A DNA stretch of 64,000 bases from Squalus acanthias. Its lineage: Eukaryota. Positions 1 through 13,033 of the stretch are shown piece after piece. The stretch is from contig CM059432.1 of assembly GCA_030390025.1 (NCBI GenBank), forward strand, positions 81,036,001 to 81,100,000. The letters run 5' to 3'. The notes under the pieces were generated by a model, which was not told where the DNA came from, did not search any database, and was given only the letters and a program-made list of their open reading frames with translations. The translations under genes and the position numbers were made by a program. Every line of letters starts with the position of its first letter. Position 1 is the first letter of the stretch.

Positions 1-59
1 CGCCCTTCCTCCTGCACCATGTCTCTAGCCTCACAGTAACCTGCCATATCTTCCTATTT

Positions 60-425
60 CTACTCTCATTAGCACAGGTAGAGAGAAGCAGACTTTTTCC
101 AGTAGTTGAGGGGTCAAGAACAAGGGGCCACAGATACAAAATTAAATGCAAGAGATTTAGAACAAGAGATTTAGAACAGAGGACAGGAGCAACATCTTTA
201 CACAGAGTTGTGAAGCTGTGGAATTCACTTCCAGGGTTAGTGGTTGAGGCAGAAACTACATCAACATTCAATGATAGGTGGATGAAGGAAAAGGGAATAA
301 AGGGATATGAGAGCAAGGCACGTAAATGTGATTAGAACTATTTACTTGTGTGGAGGTTGATTGCCAGCACGGACTGGTTGGGCTAAATGGTTTGTTTCCA
401 TGTTGTAACTTGTGTATTTCTATGT
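60..425 (+). mobile_element. Degraded 3' fragment of a CR1-clade LINE
   Basis: Decayed CR1 ORF2 C-terminal motifs (LFP..EGSRTRGH; FTQRVVKLWNSLP-like) followed by a CR1-type 3' tail; boundaries approximate. Confidence 0.6.
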
Positions 426-2104
426 TTAAAGGAAATCTGTAAATATAAGTGATATACTTATACTTGGCTGGTACATCTGTACAACCTTAATCTCTTCCTC
501 TCCCACTCCCACTCTCTCCTGTCCGAGGATGAAGGCTGACTTGCCCAGAGATGCTCTTTCTGCCCTTTAAAGAAACATTTCTATATACTCTAAATAAAGA
601 ACGTCACTACTATGTAAAGATTAAAGCTAACTGAACATTTATGCACTTCTATTACTACTACAAGAACTACTAACATTTTTAGTGTCAAAACACCATCTTG
701 TATATCCTTTATTCTCGAGGAAACCTCCTTGATTTTATGAACCAATCTGAATGACACATGTCAGAAGGGTTCACTCCTTTTGGTGTCAATAACCTCAGAC
801 AGCCATGTTGTTACCCCTGAGGACCTCCGGTTAATGAAGCATCAGTATTCAAACATGCCAGGCCATGCTTGCACTCCCCTAACTTCTCAATTTTTCTTTC
901 AACAAAGAATCTTACACACTTTCAGATGAGCGACATATTTATATCTCCCTAATGAGATGTTTTAGGGCCTGTTGCCTTGATGACTTATGCCCCCCGGTAC
1001 CAGTAAGGAATTCTTTGTTTCTATAAGTCTTCATGATTTTAATTAGTATTAGTCATTTTGATTTCCCAGCATGAAGCCCGACTACTGACTCCACTTTGAG
1101 GACACATTTAAGACAATTCTTTGGATATTTTTCTTTAACTGGGACAATTCTTAGAACATTTTTCTTTAATTAAGGCACTTTTTAGGGAATTTTACCTTCA
1201 AAGCTCCCCTCGGTAGGGGCTCTCCAATGCAGGCAGAAACCCGATTGAACCTGGGAAATTTGCTGGGTCACCAGTTCCTCGATTATGCAGGTAGATGTCC
1301 TGCTTCACTACACTTACAGCTGTGTAACTGTCACAGAGGAAAATTTACTCCTGATCTTAAATGTCATACAGCTCATTTATTTTCTGTGCAATAGAATGTC
1401 TTGCACTCATGTGTCATTCAGAAAATTTAAAGTGATTAGCCCAGGCTGCGAATAAGCTGCAATAGATCAATATATCAACAGTTGTTGCTTTACATAATAA
1501 GCGTTCCACAGACAAATTAACTACCAGTTATTGGGGAAAAGTTATGTGAGATTCATGTTCAAAAATTGAAGACCATCAAATTGCAAAGCCACTGAATCAT
1601 ACATCGTATTGTTAAAATTTCAGAGTGAGGTACATTAGAATAGGTTTAGGGGAAGATTTCCTTTGTGCGCTAGGAATAGTGAAATTGTAATCCCGTATAT
1701 AAAGAACACATTTCACGTAGTGGACAGAGAAAATTTCACACACACCTATGTTTTTAAATCAAAATAAGGAAATCTCAGTCCAAATGAGTGATACGTCTGC
1801 TGACCACAGCCATGGTTTTTTAACGTTACTCACCTGAGAAACTTCTTGACTGCAGTTTACTTTAAGATGCAGAGGGAGACACACTGCATACCATCACAGT
1901 TGTCTTCTCATATCATGGAGACTCGATACTTTTTAACGCTTCCAAGATCTGTTCTATGTGATGAAGTGAGAAAAAAAAAACACTAGCAATGGTCCTAATG
2001 TCAAATATTGCATGCTTGCTTTTTGTAAGCGAGCAGTAGGACTTGTGCAGAATGAGTGTCTGTATTGTGTGTGAATAATTAATGCTGCGATTGTACTACA
2101 AATA

Positions 2105-2418
2105 CCTCCTCCAGCCCTACAACCCTCAGAGAACTTTGCATACCTCCAATTCTGGCCTCTTGTGCACTCCCTCCATTGGCAGCCGTGCCTTCAGCTGTCT
2201 GGGCCCTAAGCTCTCAAATTCTTTCCCTACACCTCTCTACATTTCTCTCCATTAAGACATTCCTTAAAACCTACCTCTTTGACCAAGCTTTTTGGTCACC
2301 TGTCTTAATATCTCTTTATGTAGCTCGATGTGAAATTTTGTCTGATAACACTCCTGTGAAACGCCTTGGGACATTTTACTACATTAAAGGCGCTATATAA
2401 ATACAAGTTGTTGTTGCT
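2105..2418 (+). mobile_element. L2-clade LINE 3' end
   Basis: GRAFS / FLKTYLFDQAF-like C-terminus and 3' tail GTGAAACGCCTTGGGAC...AAGGCGCTATATAAATACAAG(TTG)n. Confidence 0.7.
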
Positions 2419-2690
2419 GTTGTACCATTTGAGAGTAGTACCTACTCTTGAGAGAAGTGTTAGCTGGCAGCACTGTGCTATATTACCGGCTCCACACTGT
2501 TCTCAAACTGGGGAGTAGCAAAGCACTATGCATGCACATTTTAAAAATGTAAAGTTCTGCTAATCACTGCCTGAATGCAGGGGGAATTTTAGTGTTGGTA
2601 AAGGGTTGATTGCTCTTTACTAATATTAAAGTGGTTTTTAAAATTTCAATTTTATTGTATTAAAACTTTAAAGTTCCCATTGGTTGCAAT

Positions 2691-3704
2691 TACACTGCAG
2701 CCGATGTTAAGCTGAGGTGGTGTGAAGCTATCTCCTTCAGCTGCACTCGTTTCCAGAGTTAAAGCGTGGACTTGGCTGCAGTGCTTTGTTCAGTATCTGC
2801 TGTAAGATCTTAACGATCTCTGAGTTCTTGGACAAGCCACCAATAGGCAGCAGCCAGTATGTTTGAGCAATAGATCAAGATTTATTAAACACACAGCGTA
2901 ATATACTTAATATTAGGCGATAGTTTTAACAAGTAGCTCGCAGCCCTAGGTCTCTGGAACCTCTCGGACACAGATGACATCGTCTTAAGTCTGTTCCTTT
3001 GTCCTCGCAGTACGTCTGTGTGAAGTTGTTGTTTTAGTATCGAGGTTTTAACCCTTTTCTTATCAAAAGTTGGTTTGGCCAGTGTCCATATATGGTCTTT
3101 AACAAAATCACCTTTTTTAATTGGTTCTAATGGTCAAAATACCATTGTCACTCAGACTAAGGTAGCATCCCGCCTTTCCAGTATTTTTCCACCAACTTTA
3201 CCATGTTCAGTGTTATCTTGTTTATAGTTTTTCACCCCATTGGAATTTACTTTATCTCTTTCATTTCTAGCTTCCCTGGTACAAGGCCTTTATACCAAGG
3301 GCCCATATCAGCGCTGTTTGACTAGTCTTGAGGTATCCAAACTATCTCACTTTAATCGACCAGATAAATACCTTAACTTCCATGATCTCTCTCATTTTAT
3401 GTCCTTATTCTAATTATCCTTTAAATATTGTTGCAATTAGTTTTGTTAAGCGAATTCTAAGTTCTACTTAGCATCATAATATGTTTTTTTTTAGCAATTT
3501 AGCCTTCACTCGCAGTCTGTGGCTGTTTGTTATCAAAACTGCTATTGACTGTCCTTCACAGCTGCATTTTGAACAAGTCTTAGCTTTCTCGTTACCCAGG
3601 AGTAATTATGGGTAATATTATTTGGTCAATGGCTACACTTGAAGTTATACATATATGATTCTTGTCTACTAAATATCTTTAAATATCAGCCTTTCGTACA
3701 CTGC
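2691..3704 (-). mobile_element. Candidate solo LTR or unclassified ~1-kb insertion
   Basis: Flanked by 8-bp direct repeat TACACTGC (2691-2698, 3697-3704). The minus strand reads TGTA...TGCA across the ends and has CCAAT (~3121), an AT-rich box and AATAAA (2881-2886) in U3-R-U5 order. A TG..CA end cannot be reconciled with a clean TSD. Confidence 0.4.
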
Positions 3705-4259
3705 TATAAAGCAGAAATTGCTTCAAGGCAACCAAAGTATGTAGTATAGCTGGACTAGATGCTAATTTACTCACAGCGCAACATTAAATGGGGGAGAAAT
3801 TCAGCACTTTAGCGCCTCCGGGGGTGGGGGCGCTAATGGGGCGCTACCGGCTTAGCGACCGGGTGCGGCGAAAGTACCAACGCCCACGAAATTGAAGTGG
3901 AGGTTTTCGGCAGCGGTAACCACTAGTGCCACGCTCTCCTGCAGCCGGAGGTCGTGACATCATCTGGCTGCGCAGCACCCCAGCTAAGAAATTCACTCTC
4001 GCCCCCTGCCAGAGCCCGTTAGCAACAACAGGTAGAGAAGGCGGTATGCAGTCGGATGAGTGCTGGAGGAGCGCTATATAAAGGCGTCAACATCTGGTTT
4101 ATTTTTAGTTGGCAAAGAATGCTGCCATGTCAGTTTTACATAGGCAAACCGGCGTTTTGAGCGATTTCAGCGTTTTTCACTTGAAGAAGTCTTCTGCCTC
4201 AGAAAAATTATTCACTTTCATTCAGGTGAGATTTTAAAGTGCAACATTTCCATACTTTA

Positions 4260-4675
4260 ATGGGGGCTGTTCTGGCACTGGACTTCGCCCTCCAGCATCA
4301 ACGTCGGAGGCAGCGGAGGCAGAGAGAAAGATTGCAAAATGTGGCCAAATGGGAGGAGGGCCAACAGGGCTCTCAACAGGATGCCTTACCCTCCCAGGGT
4401 ATTCCGGCAGCATTTCTCCGACATCAATTTCACTGAGGAACAGTGTCTTAGAAGGCTCCGCTTCACCAAGGACATGGTCACAGAGCTCTGCCACTTCCTG
4501 CAGCCAGACCTCGAGCCTCACATCAGGAGTACCATGGCTCTCTCAGTGCCAGTCAAGGTCACAGTCACCCTCAATTTCTACGCCAGCGGATCTTTCCAGT
4601 GTGCAACAGGAGATATATCTAACATATCGCAGTTTGCCGTCCATTGCTGCATCGGTGAGGTCACAGATGCTCTCA
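4260..4675 (+). pseudogene. 5' part of Harbinger (HARBI1-like) transposase, frameshifted and truncated
   Basis: MGAVLAL... then YPPRVFRQH...CLRRLRFTKDMVTELCHFLQPDL...VKVTVTLNFYASGSFQ, colinear with the intact ORF at 30790; TATATAAA upstream at ~4075. Confidence 0.85.
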
Positions 4676-5025
4676 CGATCGCGGCCGGCACCCCTCTTGA
4701 GGAGGTGAAAGGGGGAAGGTGCTGGCAGGTGGCCCAAAAAAAATGGCCACCTGGCATCTTCCCTTTAATTAGCTCCACCGCGGCCGCAAAAACGCCATCC
4801 TGACCCTGTTGGACATATCGTCCAGCGGTAGGTCAGGGGGCGCGACCAAAGTTTGCGGCCGAGGCGCTGCGCACACCGATGATGTCATCGCCGGAGGCAC
4901 AACACAGCGGGGCTCCACCGGCTACCGCCGCCGCTAACCTCCCGCTGAATTTCATGGGAGGCGTTAGCGGCACCGCGCCCGGGTGGTAGGTGCTTCACAA
5001 AGCAAAGCAACCCAATTTTTCCCCC
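4676..5025 (+). mobile_element. Right half of a GC-rich Harbinger MITE (family B)
   Basis: Matches 58760-59030 and ends in TIR ACCCAATTTTTCCCCC followed by TTA. Confidence 0.7.
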
Positions 5026-5413
5026 TTAAACTTAAATAAAGCCAATTACATAGGTATGAGGGGTGAGTTGGCTAAGGTAGATTGGAAAAATAGATTAAAA
5101 GGTATGGCAGTAGATAAGCAGTGGCTAGCATTTAAAGAAATATTTCATAATTCTCAACAAAAATACATTCCATTGAGAAACAAAAACTCCACGGGAAAAG
5201 TGATCCAACTGTGGCTAACTAAAGAAGTTAAGGATAGCATTAGATTGAAAGAAGCAGCTTATAAGGTTGCGAAGAATAGTAGTAAGCCTGAGGATTGGAA
5301 GAGTTTCAAAAACCAGCAAAGGATGACCAAAAAATTGATAAAAAGGGAAAAAATAGAATATGAGAGAAAACTAGCAAGAAATATAAAAGCAGATTGTAAG
5401 AGCTTTTACAAGT

Positions 5414-6326
5414 TTTTTTTTTATTTGCTTATGGGATGTGGAAGTTGCTGGCAAGGCCAGCATTTATTGCCCATCCCTAGTTGCCCTTGAGAAGGTGGTG
5501 GTGAGCCACCTTCTTGAACCGCTGCAGTCCGTGTGGTGAAGGTACTCCCACAGTGCTGTTAGGTAGGGAGTTCCAGGATTTTGACCCAGCGACGATGAAG
5601 GATCGGTGATATACTTCTAAGTCAGGATGATGTGTGACTTGGAGGGGAACTTGGAGGCGGTGGTGTTCCGATGTGCCTGCTGCCCTTGTCCTTCTAGGTG
5701 GAAGAGGTCACGGGTTTGGGAGGTGCTGCCGAAGAAGCCTTGGCGAGTTGCTGCAGTGCATCTTGTAGATGGTACACACTGCAGCCACGGTACGCCGGTG
5801 GTGGAGGGAGTGAATGTTTAAGGTGGTGGATGGGGTGCCAATCAAACGGGCTGCTTTGTCTTGGATGGTGTCGAGCTTCTTGAGTGTTGTTGGAGCTGCA
5901 CTCATCCAGGCAAGTGGAGAGTATTCCATCACACTCCTTACTTGTGCCTTGTAGATGGTGGAAAGGCTTTGGGGAGTCAGGAGGTGAGACACTTGCCGCA
6001 GAATACCTAGCCTCTGACCTACTCTTGTTGCCACAGTATTTATGTGGCTGGTCCAGTTAAGTTTCTGGTCAATGGTGACCCCCCAGGATGTTGATGGTGG
6101 GGGATTCAGCGATGGTAATGCCGTTGCATGTCAAGGGGAGGTGGTTAAACTCTCGCTTGTTGGAGATAGTCATTGTCTAGCACTTTTGTGGTGTGAATGT
6201 TACCTGCCACTTATCAGCCCAAGCCTGAACGTCGTCCAGGTCTTGTTGCATGCGGGCATAGACTACTACATTATCTGAGGAGTTGTGAATGGCGCTTAAC
6301 ACTTTGCAGTCATCAGCGAACATCCC
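5414..6326 (-). mobile_element. 3' end of a second LINE family (RT C-terminus with YKAQVRSVMEYSPLAW) inserted in the CR1
   Basis: MFADD at the 5' truncation point, A-rich tail, TSD CAAGT (5409-5413 / 6327-6331). Removing it restores CR1 ...TTTTACAAGTATGTAAAAAGG. Clade (RTE-X/CR1-like) uncertain. Confidence 0.85.
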
Positions 6327-6441
6327 CAAGTATGTAAAAAGGAAGAGAGTAGCAAAAGTAAACGTTGGTCCCTTAGAGGCCAAGACAGGATAAATTATTA
6401 TGGGGAATAAGGAATTGGCAGAAACGTTAAACAAATATTTT

Positions 6442-7285
6442 GGGCTGGATTTTGTCAATGGGGACGTGATGGAGGCGGGACTCACACTTTTTGGGTTGTA
6501 GTCCCGCCTCCATCGACTTGTGGCCAACCCGCTGTATTTTCCCTTGATTGACCTTGTTAAGCCCGCCCAGTGGGCTTAGCAGGCCAATCAAGGGACCCTT
6601 GGATACAGATGATGTCAGCCATTGACATTTCATCTGTCAAGAGCTTTTGACAGATGAAATTTCAGCGTTTGATAGCTCTGTGAAGCTATAAAACACTGAC
6701 AATATGATTTCTAACTTGAGTCCCTGTACTTAGACTCAGTTAGAAATCAATCCAGCACAGAAAGCAGAGACTGCAGCTTTTGACAGCTCCGCGGCCATTC
6801 TGCTTTCTGTGCCGTGGATATGAGGGACTCCCGACACCTTAAGGAAGCTAGCCTGCAGGACAAAGTTAAGGTAAGTAAAAGTTCTTAAAACACTTTACAC
6901 ACACCAAACACACTTACCTCTGCACTCATGCACCCATCACTCACCTGCACACCAGACATCTCGATCCCTCCAAGCCCTCCAGACCGACGGTCCGCCTCGC
7001 TAAATCGGCGTGGTTCGGACCTGTCGGGAAGCCCACACTTCAGGGCTAAAAATAGGGATTAGGCAAAAAACTGCCTGTTAACTACCTGTTAACAGGCAGT
7101 TTATTGGCACTAATCCCCTTCCCGCCTCGGGGAGGCGGGTCCCAGCACAGGTCGGGTACCCGCCTCCTGGGAAACTGGCATGGAGGCAAGTTGGGGGCGG
7201 GATGGGTTCGGGACCCCCGAATCTGCTATTTTCACACCACTCCCGCCTCCAAACCCGCCTCCACGGGCCGGTGAAAATTGAGCCC
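6442..7285 (+). mobile_element. Harbinger-type MITE (family E)
   Basis: TIRs GGGCTGGATTTT / AAAATTGAGCCC, TTT TSD; splits the CR1 NKYF-VSVFT codons; inverted copy at 56147-57011. Confidence 0.85.
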
Positions 7286-8873
7286 TTTGTATCTGTCTTC
7301 ACAGTAGAAGACACAAAAAGCATACCAAAAATGGTGGGGAACCAAGGGTCTAAAAAGGGTGAGGAACTTAACGTAATTAATATAAGTAGAGAAAAAGTAC
7401 TAGAGAAACTAATGGGACTAAAAGCCAAGAAATCCCCTGAACCTGATGGCCTACATCCTAGGATTCTAAAAGAGGTGGCTGAAGAGATAGTGGATGCATT
7501 GGTTTTGATCTTCCAAATTTCCCTAGATTCTAGAATGGCCCCAGCGGATTGGAAGGTCGCAAATGTAACACCGCTATTCAAGAAAGGAGGGAGAGAAAAA
7601 ACAGGGAACTACAGACCTGTTAGCCTGACATCAGACATTGGGAAAATGCTGGAATCCATTGTTAAGGAAGTGGTATCAGGGAACTTAGAAAATCATAACA
7701 TGATTAGGTAGACTCAACATGGTTTTATGAAAGGGAAATCGTGTTTCACAAATTTATTAGAGTTTTTTGAGGATGTAACTAGCAGGGTTGATAAAGTGGA
7801 ACCAGTGGATGTAGTACATTGGGATTTCCAAAAGGCATTCGATAAGGTGGCACATAAAAGGTTATTACACAAGATTAGGGCTCATGGAGTTGGGGGTAAT
7901 AGAGTAGCATGGATAGAGGATTGGTTAATGGACAGAAAACAGAGAGTAGGCATAAACGGATCGTTTTCAGGTTGGCAGGCTGTAACTAGTGGGGTTCCGC
8001 AAGGATCAGTGTTGGGGCATCAGCTATGAGTGGGCAGTAAAGTGGCAGATGGAGTATAATGTAGGGAAATGTGAGGTTATTCACTTTGGTAGGAAGAAAA
8101 GAAAAACAGAATATTTTTTAAATGGTGCGAAACTTTCAAATGTTGGTGTTCAGAGAGATTTGGGTGTCCTCGTGCAAGAAACACAGAACGCTAGCATGCA
8201 GGTACAGCAAGCAATAAGGAAGGCAAATGGCATGTTAGCCTTTATTGCAAGGGAGTTGGAGTATAAGAGTAAGGAACTCTTGCTACAATTGTACAGGGCT
8301 TTGGTGAGACCACACCTGGAGTACTGTGCACAGTTTTGGTCTTCTTATCTGAGGAAGGATATACTTGCCTTGGAGGTGGTGCAACGAAGGTTCACTAGAT
8401 TGATTCCTGGGATGCGAGGGCTGTCCTATGATGAGAGATTGTGTAGAATGGACCTATACTGTCTGGAGTTTAGAAGAATGAAAGGCGATCTCATTGAAAC
8501 GTACAAGATTCTGACGGGGATTGACAGGGTAGACGCTGAGAGGTTGTTTCCCCTGGCTGGAGTGTCTAGAACTAGGGGGCATAGTCTCAGGATAAGGGGT
8601 AGGCCATTTAAGACCGAGATGAGGAGGAATTTCTTCACTCAGAGGGTTGTGAATCTTTGGAATTCTCTGCCCCAGAGGGCTGTGAATGCTGAATCTTTGA
8701 GTACATTCAAGGCTGAGATAGATAGATTTTTGGACTCTAGGGGAATCAAGGGATATGGAGATCGGGCGGGAAAGTGGAGTTGAGGTCGATGATCAGCCAT
8801 GATCTTATTGAATGGCGGAGCAGGCTCGAGGGGCCGTATGGCCTACTCCTGCTCCTATTTCTTATGTTCTTAT

Positions 8874-10440
8874 GCTCCACTGACCCACTCCCACTCCCCT
8901 GGGGCAGCACTTCAGCATCCCTACCAATCTGCTGGAGCACAGATTGGTGGCCTGCTGTGACACCGTGAGATCCCCGGTGGACTGTGGTGGACCCAGCGAC
9001 GATGGCAGCAGTCAGAGCTTTCATGGCATCAAGCTGAGACTGCATGGGAGCAGTCTGAGATTCGATGCCACCAACCATTGACTGCATGACAGCACTAAGA
9101 CATTGCGTCGCTTCTGCCTGTGCTGTAATGGAAGCTGCCACATCGCCCATGACACACGTCATGAGGTCTGGATCCGCACGGTCTCTCTGGAGTCCACTAT
9201 CCTCTGCAAAGTGGAAATGTTGGGCTCCATGGTGTCACAGAGCTCTGTGCAATGTTGGAGGCAGGCTCCTCCATGCTCCTTACCATTGCCGAGAGGTTCT
9301 CAGGCACCCTTGCCATTGCACCTATTATCTCGGAGTGCATGGCCATCACCCTTCTTGTGAATGCCTCCCCATCGAGGCCCTCATCTCAGTCCTGTGCAGG
9401 AGAACTCGTGCTCGAACTCGCCCTCCGAGGAGCTGGCTCCCGAGCTACCCTTTCCCCCTGGCCTTGCTGCAGCCCCCTCATCCCCAGTGCATCACCCAGT
9501 GCAGACCCCTCTACTAAAGTTGCCTCTAAGGATCGTGTAGTGCCAGTATCTGAGGTGGTGCCTGCGGGTGAGAGATGCAGTGACGCGATGCTTTGCTCCT
9601 CCTCCTCTTCTCCTTCCTCACTCTCAGTGGGGGGCTCAGGGACAGGCTGGTCATCTGGTTGCTGATTATCTGAAAGCATAAAGGCACAAGACTCATGTTA
9701 AGGTGAGTTCAGGGGAGAAGGAAGGGAGCAAGGAATACAGATAGTATCAGGAGCTCAAAAGTGGGAAAGGCTTGTGGTGTGAGGGAGAAGTGGGATGAGA
9801 GAAGGCGAGGGGATGAACATACCGTTGTTGCCCCCAAGGGGGTGGATGTTGCCGACAGCCACGCCGCCCACCACGCTGCCCAATGAGTCACAGCACTCGC
9901 TCCTCCAGGTCTGAGAGCTGCTGGAGCTGCGCATCACCCCGCCTGTTCTCTGCTGCTCCCTCCTATTGTGAGTCATCTTGGCCTGCAAGAGAAACAAATG
10001 TGAGTGAGTCAGAGTCCAGCTATGTGTTTGGGATATATGCTTGCCATAGTTGAATAGCTGTGATTGTAGGCAAGGCATGTGATGTGGATGTGAGTTTGAG
10101 TAGGTGCAGAAGCTTGGTGGGTGAGTGGTGGGGGTGTGGTGGTTTGTGCAGTAGGTTCAGATGCTGGTATGTAGGTCCTGGTGAAGCATGTACTCACCTT
10201 GACCACCCGAGTGAGATCGTTGAATTTCTTCCAGCACTGTGTCAGGCTGTGTACGACCACACTACTGGCCGAGACCTCCTGGGCCACTTTCCTCCACATT
10301 GCCCTGAAGACCTGGGACAATGGACTCCTTCCAGTGTCCGGGAACAGCACTGCCCCTCCTTCACTCCACTCCCGCGATCAATGCCTCCAATGCTTTGTCT
10401 GTGAAACAATGAGCTCTCTCCCTGGGAGTGGAATCAGCTA
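8874..10440 (-). pseudogene. Myb/SANT-like gene of Harbinger element A (3 exons, decayed)
   Basis: Exon 1 ends 10198 (WRKVAQEV...QCWKKFNDLTRVVK|gtgagt); exon 2 9982-9823 (AKMTHNRREQQRTGG); exon 3 from 9669, truncated by the CR1 at 8873. Confidence 0.8.
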
Positions 10441-11501
10441 TCACGATCAGTGGATTGAGTTGTTAGCAGGTCGCCTTCACAGCCAGCAATGCTGATAATG
10501 AGGATCTCCGCAATGATGCAACCTCCCCTTTAAGAGCTGGAAGGGGCCAGTGTGAAGGATCATTCCTAATTGCATATCACCTGAAATTCATATCGCTCTG
10601 CTGGTAGCACCCCTCTTAGGTCATTAGCGCTTGATTTAGCGCTCCAGTTCTTTCCAGGAGCGCTAACAGCCAATTTAGGGGCAGCTCAGAGTCATTAGCG
10701 CCTGACGCTAATTTTTCACAATTTCAAAAATTGCCGCCCCAAACGAGGTGATACTGAATTTCTCCCCCAGTGTTTCTAAGTTAATAATGTAACATGTTCC
10801 ACTTTTGACAAACATTACATCTCATAACAGTGGATCCAGCATTTGCAGATTTCAAGGCAAAAGCCAGAGTTCCTGTTCTGTATGGAATCTACAAGCTGCA
10901 ACTTCCAGATTAGACATTGATACAAGTTTTGTGTGCAAAAATATTGGTATTATTAAACATATTTAATAAGACTATTTCTAATAAAGTATTCTTAGACAAT
11001 CAATCTCACTGAATCCATACACAAAGATATCTGAAATTGTGTTCCGTGTTAAGCAAAAAATAAGGTTTGAAGTGACCCGATTATTTCAAGTGAAAAACTG
11101 TGCTGAAAAAGCTTTAGTATAAATGTGAAATAGTTGTTCATGGTCCTTTACTGTTTGAAGTTATTCTGGGGACAGTCTCCAGGGATCTGTGGCACTCGCA
11201 ATAGGGCACTTATGCAACACTTTTCCTCGATGCCAACCAGTTTGGCTTTGGATCAATGTAAATGGCACATTGTAATTAAGATTAAGTCACCAGAGAACGA
11301 TGCAGAGCTGGCAATGAATCTCAAGTCAGCCAGTCCATGTCACTCTAAGAGGATACATGTTTTAAAGGGTGCCCCAAGATGTCAGCCAAACTGTTCTGCA
11401 ACGTAGGTTGGAGTCAGTTGAATAGTCTTAGAATGATCTATTGTACAGCAGTGGAAAGAAGGAGCCATTCCATTGTGACTTCTAATTTATAGTTCAGTCG
11501 T

Positions 11502-12256
11502 TGGTCGTGAAATTCGGCTCTTTTGCGCCTGCCGTTCGCGCCTCTGGGGGTGCAAACGGGGCACAAAGGGCTTATTGCCCGGGCGGGGGTGCTGATAGCG
11601 CGCCCTGAGAAATTCGGCGGGGCGCTACCCGATAGAGGTGCGCCCCTGCAGGTAGCGCCCGGGCCGCTGTGCCACCGGCAATGACGTCATCGCCGAGCGC
11701 CATGACCCCTTAGCGCCCCGCGGCAAAAATTCAGCTGGGCCCCATGAGGCTGCCGTGGGCGGTGTCAGCGCCAGCCTCGTGGGTCGCGAGCTGGGCCGAC
11801 CTCCGCTTGCGGGGCGCTAAATAAAGGGAGGTGCAGCTGCGACCTGCGCCGCCATTTTTGTTTGGCCGACCTCCAGGTCGGCCCTCCGTGGTGACCCTTG
11901 GCTTGGTCCTTGGCCGACAGCGTGTTGCCACGGCACCACGCCGCCCTGGTGGGCAAGTGTGGGCCATCGGAGGCCCTGCAGATCTCGCAGCATCCCTCCC
12001 CTTTAACAGAAGGGGAGGGGCATTGAAATGCGACAGTACTACATGGAGCGGCCGTGTAGCACTCCGGCGCTACCGCGCTTTGCGCCCCCGACACCGCCCC
12101 GAGAGCAAGTGGAGCGCCCGAGATAGCGCTCCGCTTCCTTGCCGAGGTAGTAAGCCGAATTTAGCGGCCGGGGCGGTACTTCCGTGCTGAGCGCTAAATC
12201 TCTGGCAATAATTCGGTTACCGCCCCCAAACGGGGCGTAACCGAATTTCGCGACCC
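11502..12256. mobile_element. GC/CpG-rich Harbinger-type MITE
   Basis: TIRs GGTCGTGAAATTCGG / CCGAATTTCGCGACCC; many GGCGCT motifs; TGACGTCA at 11682; GCCGCCATTTT at 11848. Confidence 0.8.
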
Positions 12257-12560
12257 TTGTCTTTAACTGGTCCCTGACTATCACTGGGAGCAGCAGAGAC
12301 TCCTGAGGTGACTTCTAACATCAGTAATATTTGTGCCGTGCTTTCTTCCTCATGGCTCATTATAAATCAGCAATTTATGTCAAATGTATATAAATATAAT
12401 CAATGCTATTACTGAAACTTTAAATTGTGATTCCAATTGGTTTTTTTTTACTCCCCCCAATCCCCCGAATCCCAAGTGGATTCTTTAGCTGTTGTGTTCA
12501 TTGTGATTATATAGCTTCCATTGTGTGTTAACCTGAGATATGTTCCTGCATCAGTAGCCA

Positions 12561-13033
12561 TAAAGAAAGAAAGACTTGCATTTATATAGTGCCTTTCACG
12601 ACCACCGGACGTCTCAAAGCACTTTACAGCCAATTAAGTACTTTTGGAATGTAGTCACTGTTGTAATGTGAGAAACGCGGAAGCCAATTTGCGCACAGCA
12701 AGCTCCCACAAACAACCATGTGATAATGACCAGATAATCTGGTTTTTTGTTATGTTCATTGAGGGATAAATATTGGCCAGGACACCGGGGAGAACTCCCC
12801 TGCTCTTCTTCGAAATAGTGCTGTGGGATCTTTTACATCCACCTGAGATGAGAGAGCAGACGGGGCCTCGGTTTAACATCTCAGCTGAAAGATGGCACCT
12901 CTGACAGTGCAGCACTCCCTCAGCACTGCACTGGATTGTCAGCCTAGCTTTATGTGCTCAAGTCGCTGGAGTGGGACATGAACCCACAACCTTCTGACTC
13001 AGAGGCGAGTAGTGCTACCAACTGAACCACAGC
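12561..13033 (-). mobile_element. Full-length tRNA-headed Deu-domain SINE (SacSINE1-like)
   Basis: Minus strand: A/B-box head (GTGGTTCAGTTGG...GGTTCATGTCCC), Deu core (GAGATGTTAAACCGAGGCCCC...AAAGATCCC...GTCCTGGCCAATATTT), L2-like tail and (CTTT)n. Confidence 0.85.

Larger units (their letters stand above)
5026..8873 (+). mobile_element. CR1/HER1-type LINE, 5'-truncated, interrupted twice, internally deleted near 8027
   Basis: ORF2 fragments (NYRPVSLTS, GFMKGKSC, DFQKAFDKV, GVPQGSVLG, RPHLEYCAQFW) and 3' tail GATCAGCCATGATC...CTCCTATTTCTTATGTTCTTATG. Confidence 0.9.
3790..10768 (+). mobile_element. Disrupted formerly autonomous Harbinger/PIF transposon (element A) with nested insertions
   Basis: TIRs GGGGGAGAAATTCAG (3790) and CTGAATTTCTCCCCC (ends 10768); transposase 5' part on +, Myb/SANT gene remnants on -; flanks AAT/AGT. 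Confidence 0.8.

Noticed and set aside
12960..13033. tRNA gene
   Set aside because: tRNA-derived head of the Deu-SINE, continuous with the SINE body; no complete cloverleaf.
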